Assembly: GCA_965655095.1 (NCBI GenBank)
Contig: OZ296657.1
Coordinates: 61,628,001 to 61,692,000, forward strand
Origin: Haplodiscus bocki
Taxonomy: Eukaryota
Direction of reading: 5' to 3'
DNA: 64,000 bases
The translations under genes were made by a program, and so were the position numbers. The notes beneath the pieces were generated by a model that ran no database searches, was not told where the DNA came from, and saw only the letters and a list, made by a program, of their open reading frames with translations. Positions within the stretch are counted from its first letter, which is position 1, and every line of letters starts with the position of its first letter. Positions 9,709 to 20,249 of this stretch are shown here, piece after piece.

Positions 9709-9969
9709 ATGGCTAACCATGCAGATCAAATCAACTTAGATAAAATTGTATTCGACGAAAACAATTCAGAAAGAAAATCCTGGAGTTGTATTGGACATTC
9801 TTGTTCAACATCGCTAATAGTGTTTTTGTCCCAATTTTTCGCCATCTTGTTAGTTATTCTGGGCAGTTTTTGGAGAATACACTTATCAAAATCTTGCGAC
9901 GAGAGTACAGTTTGGGTGGGAATTTTGTGTAGTGCTGCTGGAATCATTGTCCTTACTCAAAGACTATGA
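9709..9969 (+). CDS. Small two-TM membrane protein typical of Polinton-like elements
   Basis: WSC...LIVFLSQFFAILLVILGSFW...SCDESTVWVGILCSAAG; lies directly upstream of the ATPase. Confidence 0.65.
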   Translation: MANHADQINLDKIVFDENNSERKSWSCIGHSCSTSLIVFLSQFFAILLVILGSFWRIHLSKSCDESTVWVGILCSAAGIIVLTQRL

Positions 9970-10625
9970 ATAAACTTATTTCTACAAAAAATAGAGTTTT
10001 CATCTCTTTAGTGGGACCCGGTGAATCAGGGAAATCTCTACTTAGCCATCAATGGTTAAAAAACGACACCTTCCAACCAAAGTTTGGAAAAATTTTATTT
10101 TTCTACCAGCATTTGCAACCGCTTTACGATGTAAGGCTGAAGGAAATCGAAAACATTGAATTTGTTCAGGGTGTCAATTTTGACTTTATAGATTCTCTGG
10201 AGAACAATGGAACTAAATACCTATTAATTTTTAATGACTCTTGTCAAAAAATTTGTAACTCCAGGGAATTCGAGAAAATTGCTGTAGCAGGAAGACATCG
10301 CGGACTAAGTACTATTTACATAAAGCACAATTTATTCCACAAGAGTAAATTGGGAAGAGATATCGAGCTTCAAAATACTCATATTGTTCTATTCAAGTCA
10401 CCGCGAGATGTATTACAAGTTGGTAGGCTCAGTGTTCAGTTGGGGCTAGGTTTGTCGCTTGTGGATTGGTATAAAGATGCAACATCCGTACCATTTGGTC
10501 ATTTATTAATTGACTTGTCTCCCCGAACGGACGATCGTTTACGATACTGTACAAACAGTGGAAAAAAACCCTCAAAATTTTACATACCTGAACAGTTGAA
10601 ACCTTTGGAGAATTTTGGACGATGA
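9966..10625 (+). CDS. A32/FtsK-like genome-packaging ATPase (degenerate Walker B)
   Basis: Walker A GPGESGKS, Walker B YLLIFNDS (DD to ND), arginine finger GRH..LSTIYIKHNLF. The C-terminus probably frameshifts into the 10615..10911 frame. Confidence 0.92.
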   Translation: MNKLISTKNRVFISLVGPGESGKSLLSHQWLKNDTFQPKFGKILFFYQHLQPLYDVRLKEIENIEFVQGVNFDFIDSLENNGTKYLLIFNDSCQKICNSREFEKIAVAGRHRGLSTIYIKHNLFHKSKLGRDIELQNTHIVLFKSPRDVLQVGRLSVQLGLGLSLVDWYKDATSVPFGHLLIDLSPRTDDRLRYCTNSGKKPSKFYIPEQLKPLENFGR

Positions 10626-10924
10626 CCACACAAAATCGCTCTATTCTCCAAGCATTCCAACACTTTTCCCCCAAGTGCAAAATACAATTTCTACAAAACT
10701 CCCCGAAAGAATTCATTCGGTTCCTAAGCGAATGTATAGTGAACCTGCTCCACGGAAATTTGCAAGATTTGAAAAAAGAGCAAGTAATAAAATATCGAAA
10801 ACAAATCTACGCACTTTCTCTGGTGAGAACAACTTGGAAAGAAAGACGAAGAAATTTGTCAACAAAAAAAGGACTGTTACTAATAAAAACAATATCCCCA
10901 TTCGTCATTAGTCATTTATCTTGA
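10622..10924 (+). CDS. Conserved small basic Polinton protein (ECxxNLLxGN family; 'gasderminX' in adintovirus nomenclature)
   Basis: FIRFLSECIVNLLHGNL...KKGLLLI motif; located after the ATPase. Confidence 0.65.
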   Translation: MTTQNRSILQAFQHFSPKCKIQFLQNSPKEFIRFLSECIVNLLHGNLQDLKKEQVIKYRKQIYALSLVRTTWKERRRNLSTKKGLLLIKTISPFVISHLS

Positions 10925-10925
10925 C

Positions 10926-11338
10926 ATGGAAGAGTTCGTGCTTGTACCAATTTCCGTGTATAACAGTAACAAAAAAACCAACCATTGTTACAAAGAAGGA
11001 ACTAACAACTTATCACAGCGAAAAAAAAACCCACGTACCAGATTGAATCTGTGAAGAAAGAAATCAATAAAAACCTTTTTGCTAAAACTGATTCTCTCGT
11101 TGATAAAGTTTTGTCTTCACCTCGCATAAAACTTTCGACCTCGAACTTTTTAATCTTGGATGGAAGGGATACTGGAGTTTGTCTGACAAACTTTGCCCAG
11201 ACATTGAAACTTAAAAAGGCGGAGGTACCAGATATTTATTTTACTTTACTTGATGCTGCTGATATTACAACCAGCCTGGTTCTGAATAATCATGCCAAAG
11301 AAAAAGAGAGAGGGAGCTGGGTTCCTTTCAAGATCTGA
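10926..11338 (+). pseudogene. Conserved Polinton protein upstream of integrase, frameshifted
   Basis: MEEFVLVP start at 10926; A-run frameshifts lead into ORF 11051..11338 (LILDGRDTG...W). Confidence 0.55.
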
Positions 11339-11966
11339 GAAACAAAAATTGCAGAAGTTGTACAGCGAAGGTCCTGCAGCTTATGGTTCAGTCAAAAACT
11401 TGACAAAGGCAAGCAAACTCCCAGTTTCAAAAGTGCAATATTTTCTTCATTCAAAGTCCTCCTACACGAGATTTAACCAAGCAACCAGAAAATTCCGAAG
11501 AATGAGAGTTTTCGCTAGATTCAAAAACGAAGTTTGGTGTATGGACTTGGCATTTGTCGACAAATTAGCCAAAGATAACAATGGAGTAAAACATTTGCTC
11601 GTTCGTCAAGACATGTTTGACAGAACGGTGGATGCAAAAGGAATGAAAACAAAGGATTCAAAAGAAACCGTTAAAATTTTTTCCAAAATGATTACAAAAA
11701 AGAATCGACCAAAAAAGATTTGGGTAGACCAAGGTACAGAATTTGCCGGAGATTTCACTCCACCCAAATTCGCTATAGGCGATAAAGTTCGGATTTCTAA
11801 GATTGATTTACCCTTCAGAAAAGGTTATAAACCTCAGTTTATGGAAGAAAATTTTGAGATTGTTGCCCTTGCTAGCAGAAAACCTCCGACATACACTATA
11901 AAAGACAATCAGAATTTGGTTATACGTGGTAAATTTTACGAAAAGGAAATGATTAAAGTCATTTGA
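11292..11966 (+). pseudogene. int: Retroviral-type (rve) integrase with in-frame internal deletion
   Basis: WCMDL and WVDQGTEF (first two D of DDE) run directly into PKFAIGDKVRISK...KGY...GKFYEKEM; the catalytic-Glu (ERxxR) segment is absent. Confidence 0.9.
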
Positions 11967-11968
11967 GA

Positions 11969-12753
11969 ATGGATTCCTTCACAATAGAGTTGGTCTCAAA
12001 CGCATCCTCCGAATTGTTTCCGGATAATACTTTAAGTTCTTTCACGAACTTCCTTCCCGAACAAGTCAACTTTGAAGGTCAATGGGAGGTCACAGTATCA
12101 GAGATTTCGTATCCCTCAATGTACCAGAATGTAACGGAAGGAAAATTCTTATTTCACGACAATGAATTATCAAAAACAAAAGATTACTACTACCTTGAAC
12201 CAGGATTATATCATTCTATTACCGACATAGTAGAAGCGATGAACTCACTCATTCAGAATAGAAACAATCACAACACGACCTGCATCGGCGTGAAAGTTGA
12301 TCGTAGATCCCAGAAAGTGACTTTTTCGCTTGTTAATGATAAATCTAGTTTGGTGATATCTAGTATCGACTTGAGTCACATTTTTGGAGGTGACGTCCGG
12401 AACGATCGGGGGATTTTGATGCTTGGTAAGGGACCACACAAACCGTTGTTTGCATACGACATTGTTCGAATTCATTCGCTCATGATTTACACTGATATTG
12501 TAGAGTACAACATAGTCGGAGAAACAAAAGCACCCTTATTGCGATGCTTTTCTTTCATATCGAAGGTAAAGTCCGGTGATGTCATTACCACGGGACAGTA
12601 CATGAATTATCAGACTTTCAGTAATCTACAAACTCCTTTCATAGTGTACAAATTGATTTGCGTGATACGTCTGGGGAGCAAATTCCTTTTGTTTCTGTGG
12701 GAATAACCAGACTTGTTCTCATGTTCAGAAAAGTGTCTGATTTTCATTTTCAA
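11969..12753 (+). pseudogene. Minor capsid (penton) protein, C-terminal deletion/frameshift
   Basis: FTIELVSNAS..FPDNTLSSFTNFLP...GQWEV..SEISYP; IYTDIVE..IVG..KAPLLR. The tail IDLRDTSGEQIPF...LMFRK is in another frame. Confidence 0.85.
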
Positions 12754-12771
12754 ACAAAAAACGTGTACCAA

Positions 12772-13065
12772 ATGGTCGCTTCAAGAGAAGTAAAACTTCC
12801 CTATTACAAAGGAGTGGGAAGACAACGAGGACGAGGGTTTGGCGCTCTCGCTCAAGTTATTGGGAGAACTGCTATTCCTTTCTTGAAAAAATATGTTGTC
12901 CCAGCTGCTAGACGTATCGGTGCTGATATGTTAGGGTTCGCAGTACCTGAAATTGCTGACGTTGTCAGTGGTAAACAAAATTTCAAAGCAGCTGCTAAAA
13001 ACGTGGGAAGGCAAACTCTAAAAAAACAACTCGGTGGTGGAAGTAGGAAAGGCTCCGCGAGCTAA
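12772..13065 (+). CDS. Basic core/membrane-active virion protein with protease-type cleavage site
   Basis: YKGVGRQRGRGFG followed by amphipathic ALAQVIGRTAIPFLKK; lies between the minor and major capsid genes. Confidence 0.7.
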   Translation: MVASREVKLPYYKGVGRQRGRGFGALAQVIGRTAIPFLKKYVVPAARRIGADMLGFAVPEIADVVSGKQNFKAAAKNVGRQTLKKQLGGGSRKGSAS

Positions 13066-13139
13066 GTCATTCAGTCCAAATCCAAGAAGCGCAACAGTCG
13101 GTCACGCAGAGATATATTCACTAACGTTGCGACGTGAAA

Positions 13140-14504
13140 ATGACTTCACAAAATAACTTTCGGTACCAACCATATGTGGCAGCTTCTGGCAATCTTGGTG
13201 GTAAAGTCCCAGTTGTAGATGATGTTCTATCATCTCATGAACAACAAATTTACACCACCACGTCGCTGGATGAAAGCAGCATTGAATTTGAGTTTCAAAC
13301 AGATCGTAACTATTACGTTGATTTGCGTCAGTCTTATTTAGCTCTTAAAGTTAACTTAGTCAAAGGACGTGGTTATGACAAACAAAAATCGAAAGAAGCT
13401 AAGAAGGAACACAAAAACGAAGAACAGCCAACAGAAGCAGCAGCCAATGATGAAGAGGATGATACTAACTCGGTACCCCTTCTTACATATGTAAACAATA
13501 TAATGCATTCTATTTTTTCTAATGTGGAGGTGTATATAAACAATCAGCAAATATACAACTCAAATGGACTCTATGCTCACAAGTCGTATATTTCCAACAA
13601 CTTTAAGGGAGCGATCTCTGAGTACAGGGGTGTTTTGCATTGTGAAGGTTATGACTTCGAAGAGAATCCTGATGACATTCAAGACTCGCTCCTGTCGGAT
13701 CCCTTCTTTTCAAGAAGAATGAAAATGCTACTGAGAAGTGACCGAATTGCGTTATACGGAAAATTGGGTGTTGATTTTTTCACAACCTCCGAATTACTTT
13801 ATCCAAATATGAAAGTTAGAATACGATTAATCAGAGCGAGACCTAACTTTTACATGATTAGCGACAACCCTAATGTTAGTTTAGGAAGTTTAGACTGTAC
13901 GTTGTACACACGTCGCATTGGACTAAAGGAGGATTATCACAAGAAAAGAATGGACATGCTTGCATATGCTCCGATGGAATACAACTATATGGAAACGTTG
14001 GCAAAGACAATTATCATTCCATCCAGTCAAAATCAATTCATTCAAGAAAATATTTTCAACAATGCTCCCATTCGTCGAATCGCGATAGCCATGAATACAA
14101 ACTCCGCTTTCACTGGTTCTTTCACTGAAAACCCGTTTTGGTATCAACAATTCGATCTCAGACAAATTAGAATACTCAGGGGAGGCCAACCAAATGTAGA
14201 TTATGACACTTCCGATAATTGTCGCCTATACGTAACTACGATGAAAGCAATGAACTTCCAAGACGACATACCATCGATTCCTATTGATAATTTTCAAGAC
14301 CATTACGTTCTAGTATTTGGTTTGACGTCAATGCAGGATGCCACCGAACATTGTCATTATCCAGAGTTGGTTGGAGAACCGCTGAGATCGGAGCTTAACT
14401 TTAACACTGCTCTGGAACATGTTACTGAAGTCATTGTATTAGGAGAACGAATGTCTTCAGTTGCAGTCGACAAGTTTGGAGTTGTTGGAAAACATATTCA
14501 GTAA
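13140..14504 (+). CDS. Double jelly-roll major capsid protein
   Basis: Intact ~454-aa ORF with Polinton MCP motifs (IEFEF...YVDL..SYL; NNIMHSIFSNVEVYIN; P.RIAIAM..N.AF.GS..ENPF.YQ.FDL). Confidence 0.9.
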   Translation: MTSQNNFRYQPYVAASGNLGGKVPVVDDVLSSHEQQIYTTTSLDESSIEFEFQTDRNYYVDLRQSYLALKVNLVKGRGYDKQKSKEAKKEHKNEEQPTEAAANDEEDDTNSVPLLTYVNNIMHSIFSNVEVYINNQQIYNSNGLYAHKSYISNNFKGAISEYRGVLHCEGYDFEENPDDIQDSLLSDPFFSRRMKMLLRSDRIALYGKLGVDFFTTSELLYPNMKVRIRLIRARPNFYMISDNPNVSLGSLDCTLYTRRIGLKEDYHKKRMDMLAYAPMEYNYMETLAKTIIIPSSQNQFIQENIFNNAPIRRIAIAMNTNSAFTGSFTENPFWYQQFDLRQIRILRGGQPNVDYDTSDNCRLYVTTMKAMNFQDDIPSIPIDNFQDHYVLVFGLTSMQDATEHCHYPELVGEPLRSELNFNTALEHVTEVIVLGERMSSVAVDKFGVVGKHIQ

Positions 14505-14510
14505 ACTTTC

Positions 14511-15014
14511 ATGGATAACGTTGCTCTTCGTCAAACAAAAAACCGCATTCCACTTCTCAAGTATCGGTACAATGGTTCTTTTCCTTGCGATTATGTTCCA
14601 ACACTCCCGAATGATACGTTTGCCATTATCAACACCCAACCGAGCAACATGCAAGGTGAGCATTGGATTATGATAGCAAAGCTTCGTCATCGGTTATACT
14701 TTGCTGATTCTCTTGGTCGCAAAGACTACAGCTTCCTCAGGAGAAACTACAAACGGATGATCCCAGAACGGTTGCAGCTTCATCAGAGTCTTTGTGGATT
14801 TTATACAATATATGCGGCTCTTCTCTTCAAGTTTGGACAAGAAGAAATTACTGGTGTTCACGATTTAAATGTACTCTCTTTTATTAGTAATTATATGTAT
14901 TGCTCCATAAAATGTAAATGTAAGTATGCAGTGTATACATTTCACTTGTTCCTTTTTGTACTTCTAATTAACATTTTTCAACTTAAAATCAACCTTTTTT
15001 TACATAACATCTAG
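14511..15014 (+). CDS. Adenain-like cysteine protease
   Basis: IINT..S...GEHW, FADSLG, LQ..QSLCGFY (His-Asp-Cys triad). Confidence 0.92.
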   Translation: MDNVALRQTKNRIPLLKYRYNGSFPCDYVPTLPNDTFAIINTQPSNMQGEHWIMIAKLRHRLYFADSLGRKDYSFLRRNYKRMIPERLQLHQSLCGFYTIYAALLFKFGQEEITGVHDLNVLSFISNYMYCSIKCKCKYAVYTFHLFLFVLLINIFQLKINLFLHNI

Positions 15015-15079
15015 TCCAAAGCACGGTCGGAAAAGTTCACTCAACCTTTTTACATAGCAATAGGTGAGTAGTCGTAACA

Positions 15080-15359
15080 ATTTTGCACGGTCGCGCCGCC
15101 ACCGGAAGCTGAAAAACTGCTGCCGAAAAATTACATAATAATGTCGCTGCCGCCCGCCTCGACGTTTCCGCCGCCCGCCTCGGCCTATGCCGAAAAATTA
15201 CCTAATAAAGTCTCCGCCGGCCGCCTCGGGGCCCCTGGAAAAAATCAAAACAGGGGGTGAAGACCCTTCTTGGCTCTCGTGTGCTATAGGATAGCTTAAA
15301 ACATGAGGGTCTTCACCCCCCCCCCCCCCCCTGGCTGTCTAGCTCGCCTATATACTACT
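15080..15359. repeat. Right terminal (TIR) region of the Polinton
   Basis: GCCGAAAAATTAC.TAATAA.GTC..CGCC..CCGCCTCG twice (15122, 15189); hairpin GGGGGTGAAGACCCT / AGGGTCTTCACCCCC (15253-15321); poly-C tract; ACTACT end. Confidence 0.8.
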
Positions 15360-17382
15360 CATGAGTCTGGCAGCTAAATGTGCTGCGCACAGTTCCAACT
15401 TCGGAATACTGATTGACTTCAGAGGAGCAACCTTCGTTTTGCATGCATGGAGCTTTGTGGTAACTGATCCATCTAATTTTTCCACTCTGGCGTAGAGAAC
15501 AGCTGCATAGGCCTTTTCTGATGCGTCTGCTAATATATGCAATTCTATGTTTTTCTTACTTTCTGAGCGAATAGATCTGCGAAATTGTATCTGATCTGGT
15601 GAGTTCAATTGCTCATGGCTGCTTGCCACGTTTCTTCTAGGTCGACGGGTAATGTATCGTTCCATTGTAAGCCTTTTACCCAAGCTGCTTGCATCAACAT
15701 TTTGAGGATAATTGTGATCGGAGCTATCCATCCCAAATGATCGAAGAGTTTCGCTATCTCTGAGAGTAGTTTTCGCTTTGTGCTGTCTGTCTCAAAGCTT
15801 CCGTTATCTCTAAAGCAGAAAACATCTCTTGAGGGATACCACACTACTCCCAAAGCTTTGATCGACTTATCTTTCTTGTTCAACTCTAGAACGTCTTTGC
15901 TCTCAAGGAGATGTGGTGTAAGATCTTTGAGGACTTCAACACTTGATGACGACCATTTCCGCAAGGGAAAGCCCCCGCCAAGAAGTTTTTCCTGCAACTC
16001 ATTTCGCAACTTCTTCGCTTCGTCAATTGATTCTGCTCCTGTGAGAAAATCGTCTACGCAACTGTCCCAAAGAATAACTTCATCCACCAGAGAATCGGTG
16101 GAAACCAGACGAGCGAATTCCATATGTTACACGAGTCATCCGTAAATGTTGCAACTCTTCGTTAGGGTCAGGTCTCCAAAATATTCGATGAAAGTCCTTG
16201 GCTTCTTTACTCAACGCCATTTGCCGGTACATTTTTTCAATGTCTGCTGACAGCGCTACTGCGTGTAACTAACACGTAGAAGGATTCCGAAGATGTCGTC
16301 TTGTTGCTTGGCACCCACCATGAGATTTGCATTGAGGGAATTTCCGTTGGTAGTTAACGCTGATCCATCCAAAACAACTCAATTTCGTCGTTGTTGACAA
16401 CTCTTTCATTTCAGCATGATGCGGTAAGTAGAATGATTTCGAAGTTTCAACTGGCACCTCCTCCTCTGGTATGACCTCCATATGTTGCATATCCAAGATT
16501 TCTTGAATGAATGCGGTATACCTTTGCTTCAAATTGCCATCTTGCTGGAACTTCTTTTCCAACGAACTGAATCTGTTCAGAGCCTTTGGTAAACTATGTC
16601 CCAACGATTTGCTATCTGGTTTGAATGGAAGGGAGACTACATACCTGCCATCCTCTTGACGTGTAGTAGTCTCAATGAAGTGCCTTTCACACTCTTTTTC
16701 TTCCTCTGTAAGTAGGGAAGCATATGGAATTTCTTCGATTTCCCAGAATTTTCTGTGCTGGTCGTTGATATCCGGCTGTAGAACTTGAGCATGCAACGCT
16801 ACTGCTTCATCTGGATGAGCGGATGAACTGACGTACTTCCCTGTGACGACCCATCCAAATACTGATTCGCGATAGGACAATTCTTCGGTCTCTTCAATTT
16901 TTCCAGCCATCATGAGTCTTTCATACACGTCGTTCCCAATGAGAATGTCGATTGGACCGGGCTGATAAAATTTTGGATCTGCAAGTTTCAGACGTCTTGA
17001 ACGCTTGAGTGCTTTAGGATCCAATGGTGCGGAAGGTGGTTCCCTTGTGACCTTGTCTAGTACAAATGCTTCGACTGGTATGACACGATCATCACCAAGA
17101 AGATTGAAACTGACCTTGTATTTTGAGAGTGTGCTCCCGACGCACCTATGCTGAAGATTTGCATCGAAAACCTCTCTTTCGCCAGTCCCAAGGTTTGTAC
17201 GCATTGTTCTGGCACCAGCTCAACTGTGCTCCAGGATCTAAGAATGCACGACACTTGATTTGTTCGTGGGATCCAGGTTTTTGTATTGATACCAACGCTG
17301 TGGCAAGACTAACATGAGGATTTCCGTTGATTGCTATTGACAGCTTCGGAGGATTGAGCCATTGCAATATGAGCTCTTTCAT
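15360..17382 (-). pseudogene. pol: BEL/Pao pol fragments (protease, RT, RNase H)
   Basis: RAFLDPGAQ; LADPKFYQPGPIDILIG; YLPHH; CVDDFLTGA (from YVDD); ADASEKAYAA...KTKVAP..SIPKLEL; many frameshifts. Confidence 0.9.
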
Positions 17383-18662
17383 TACTCAGCCTTTCTCTGT
17401 GAATCAAGGAATGATGCTTTCCACGGCAAGTTCGGCAAACTGACTTGCTTGGGCATTGACTGATCATGTGAGACGATCGTAGACAATTGAAACACAGCTT
17501 CTTTTGCCTCAAGTTGACTCGAGCAGCAACATCGAGAGATGTAAATTCTTGAAATTCTGCACCTTGTGATTTCCTCGGCAAATTTGGCAAATATTGGTCT
17601 CTGTGACACTTGCACCGTACGCTTGACCGCGTTCTGGTCCGGATTGAGTATGTCCATACCCTCTTCTAGTATTGGAGCCTTTTTTGCGCTATTGACGGTT
17701 TTCGTTTCTGCGGGGAGCACGCTTTTGAGTTTTGCAGAACTAGATTCTAGCGCACGACATCGCTCTCACAAGAAATCTGTTATCTGTTGAATTGTTTGAA
17801 GATCATTGCCTGCATGAGCTAGTTCCCATGCCTTCCTTGATTCTGAGTCGAGCTTCTGACTGATGTGGTAGACTAGGATTGCATCCCATTGATGTACAGG
17901 CACACCAAATGTCTCTAATGCTTGCATTTGTTCTCGAAAAGTTTCAAGAAGATTCCGCATTTCTTGGGCTGTTTCACCCTTCATGAATGGAACTTCCAGC
18001 ATTGCTCTGATGTGGCCTCTAACAACCAATCTAAGGTTGGCAAACCTTGTTTGAAGTGCGTTTCTGGTTCCCGCGCAATTTGCATCTGTAATTGTCAAAT
18101 TTCTGATAATTTTGGCTGCATCTCCTTTCAACGATGCCTTAAGATATTGCAATCTCTGAGCATCCGTCAAGGTTTCGTTGGTGTGCACTGAGGCATTGAA
18201 TAAATCCCAAAAGCGGTTCTACTGTAGATATTCTCCGGAAAGTACCGGAATGTTCATTTTTGGTAGTTTGAATCCTTGACGCGTTTGTCGTCTCTCATCT
18301 TGCATTGCCTGCGGAGCCTGATTGACGAGAGCCATTGGTTGATCTGCTTCTGCGAGCAGTCTCGTGATCAGAAGGATCGTTTGCGTAATGGCATCGAGGT
18401 TCTCTGACGATTCTGCCACCTCTGCTTCCGATGCATCGTCGTCCTCAATCAGCATTTCAATCTCTTCGCCTAAATCTGCTATTAGGCTTCTCTTCGACTC
18501 GAGTGCTGTTTTCAAGCCAAACAATTCATTTGGCTGTGCTACTGTGAGCTGTGCCATCGGAACTGCTAAAATTTGCGCTGCTTTGTTGGTGTAACGTGTT
18601 GCTACACCTTTGTGCGAGGCACGTGGGCGTACTAATCTCATTTTCCTTTCGTGGTCTTCCAT
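17309..18662 (-). pseudogene. gag: BEL/Pao gag fragments
   Basis: KLPKMNIP; QRLQYLKASLKGDA; zinc knuckles CFNCLRSSHMISQC and CRTCRGKHHSLIH. Confidence 0.9.
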
Positions 18663-18740
18663 TTCTGTGTAGAACTAATTTCCAACAGGCAAATTGGAAG
18701 GAAGAAAGATTACTGAAGCTTGACTAAATAAGCACTGAGT

Positions 18741-18761
18741 ATCCGAGGTAACGGAGGACCA
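18741..18761 (-). other. Primer-binding site
   Basis: Minus strand TGGTCCTCCGTTACCTCGGAT, 6 nt after the LTR end; resembles the tRNA-Tyr-type TGGTCCTTCG PBS of BEL elements. Confidence 0.7.
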
Positions 18762-18767
18762 AAGATA

Positions 18768-19142
18768 TGTTAGTTGAACTGACGAGAAACCTGTGTTGAG
18801 AGATACAAAAAATAAATTGGGAAAAAAAGGACGTGAACAACTCAACTTGCTTCGGTGAAAAAACACCACCAAAAAAAAGTTGTGAACAAAACTGCCAGCT
18901 CCAACAAATCTGACAAACATGAATTGATTGGTTTTGCTGAAGTGATAATGAATGTGACTCAATTTAACATGGAACAAATGAATGAACTTTTCAGAAATCA
19001 TAAACAACTTCCATTGACTTTGACTGCTGATCCAAAACTTAGGGGAACTCTTTAGAAAATTGTCCTATAATCGAAACAAAGCAGTATAGTGTCCAAATAG
19101 ACTTCAGAAAGCTTCGGGAAAAGCGATGCGATCATGTCAACA
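18768..19142 (-). repeat. 5' LTR of the BEL element
   Basis: TGTT...AACA termini, immediately followed on the minus strand by the PBS; second LTR not in window. Confidence 0.65.
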
Positions 19143-20249
19143 TTGTGAAGTAAAAGAGCAGAATTGAGCGCTTAACTACAGTCCCAACAGGAAAAGGAAT
19201 ACCTTACACGTATCAAAAAATAAATCTATCGTCCGGTAAAGAGGCCAACTATTACAGTAACTGTTCTTTCTCGTAATACAAGAGACTAACTTCAAGCAGA
19301 CCCAATTTTGACAGATCTGCTGAAAGAAGAAATCTTGACGAATTATAGCACACCTTCCAAAACTTCCAAATATGAAAAAAAAACGTTGCGAATAACCCTA
19401 TCTTTCTGCATTTTGAAAACTCTTGAAACCTCCCTGCATATACTGGGAAACTATTGATGCCACTTCCTTTCCAGAGAGAAACATTTTCCAAAACGCCACC
19501 ACTTGGACCATCCTTGTTGGCGAAAAATGTTCTCTTTCAGTGTCTTTGTTATCAGAGAAACAATTACTGAAGTTGGAATTTGACTTTGGCGCTGGCCAGT
19601 TTTTCCGACCAGTAACACATTCCTTCGTAGAAAAAATGCTCCTGTTTGTCGGTTCACCTCAACTATTTGGATTTCAAGTTCCAGAAGGTGCAGAAAGGTC
19701 GTAATGAGAAAGACTATGGCTATAACTTTTTCCTCATAGGAAGCAGTTCCAACGAACTGTGACCGAAGTGAACCACTGTTACAATAATTGTTGTGTCTAT
19801 TGATTGTCGAAATTCTATTTCTGGTGCGTCTGGTAAGCCGCAAAACCAGACAAGAGAGGCACATCTTGTTGATTACTCCAATGGCGTGCCACACTATGAT
19901 CCTGTTGGTTTCGAGACATTTTCAGCGAAGATGTCATCCGCGACTTGGTCACAGATTTACGATATCCAGTCAAAAATTGGTTCCTAAGCATTCACATACA
20001 GTGTGTCTGAGATTTGTTTGGGGCTAACAAACCCGTTGCAATGGCTGCCAAAGTGGCTTCAAAAAACTCGTCTCGTTGCTGAAGTGGGCAATACAGTGCA
20101 TTTAAGGGTTCATTGAAACAAAGTGTCTGGCCGAAGGATTGTCCTGATAGACTGGGCGAACATCTCTTTTCGACCTGATCTTGGTTGTACCTACACATCA
20201 TCCATACAGCCGCTCAGCTCTATCACTTTTACCTCCGGGGAAGAGTCTT

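Larger units (their letters stand above)
1..15359. mobile_element. Endogenous Polinton/Maverick (adintovirus-like) element, left end outside window
   Basis: Co-located pPolB, A32/FtsK-like ATPase, rve integrase, minor and major capsid proteins and adenain protease. GC-rich subterminal repeats. Ends in ACTACT (15354-15359), the complement of the AGTAGT Polinton terminus, exactly where a BEL ORF is cut. Confidence 0.96.
15360..19142 (-). mobile_element. BEL/Pao LTR retrotransposon, decayed, 3' part cut by the Polinton
   Basis: 5' LTR, PBS, gag, protease, RT and RNase H in the expected order on the minus strand. Confidence 0.93.
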
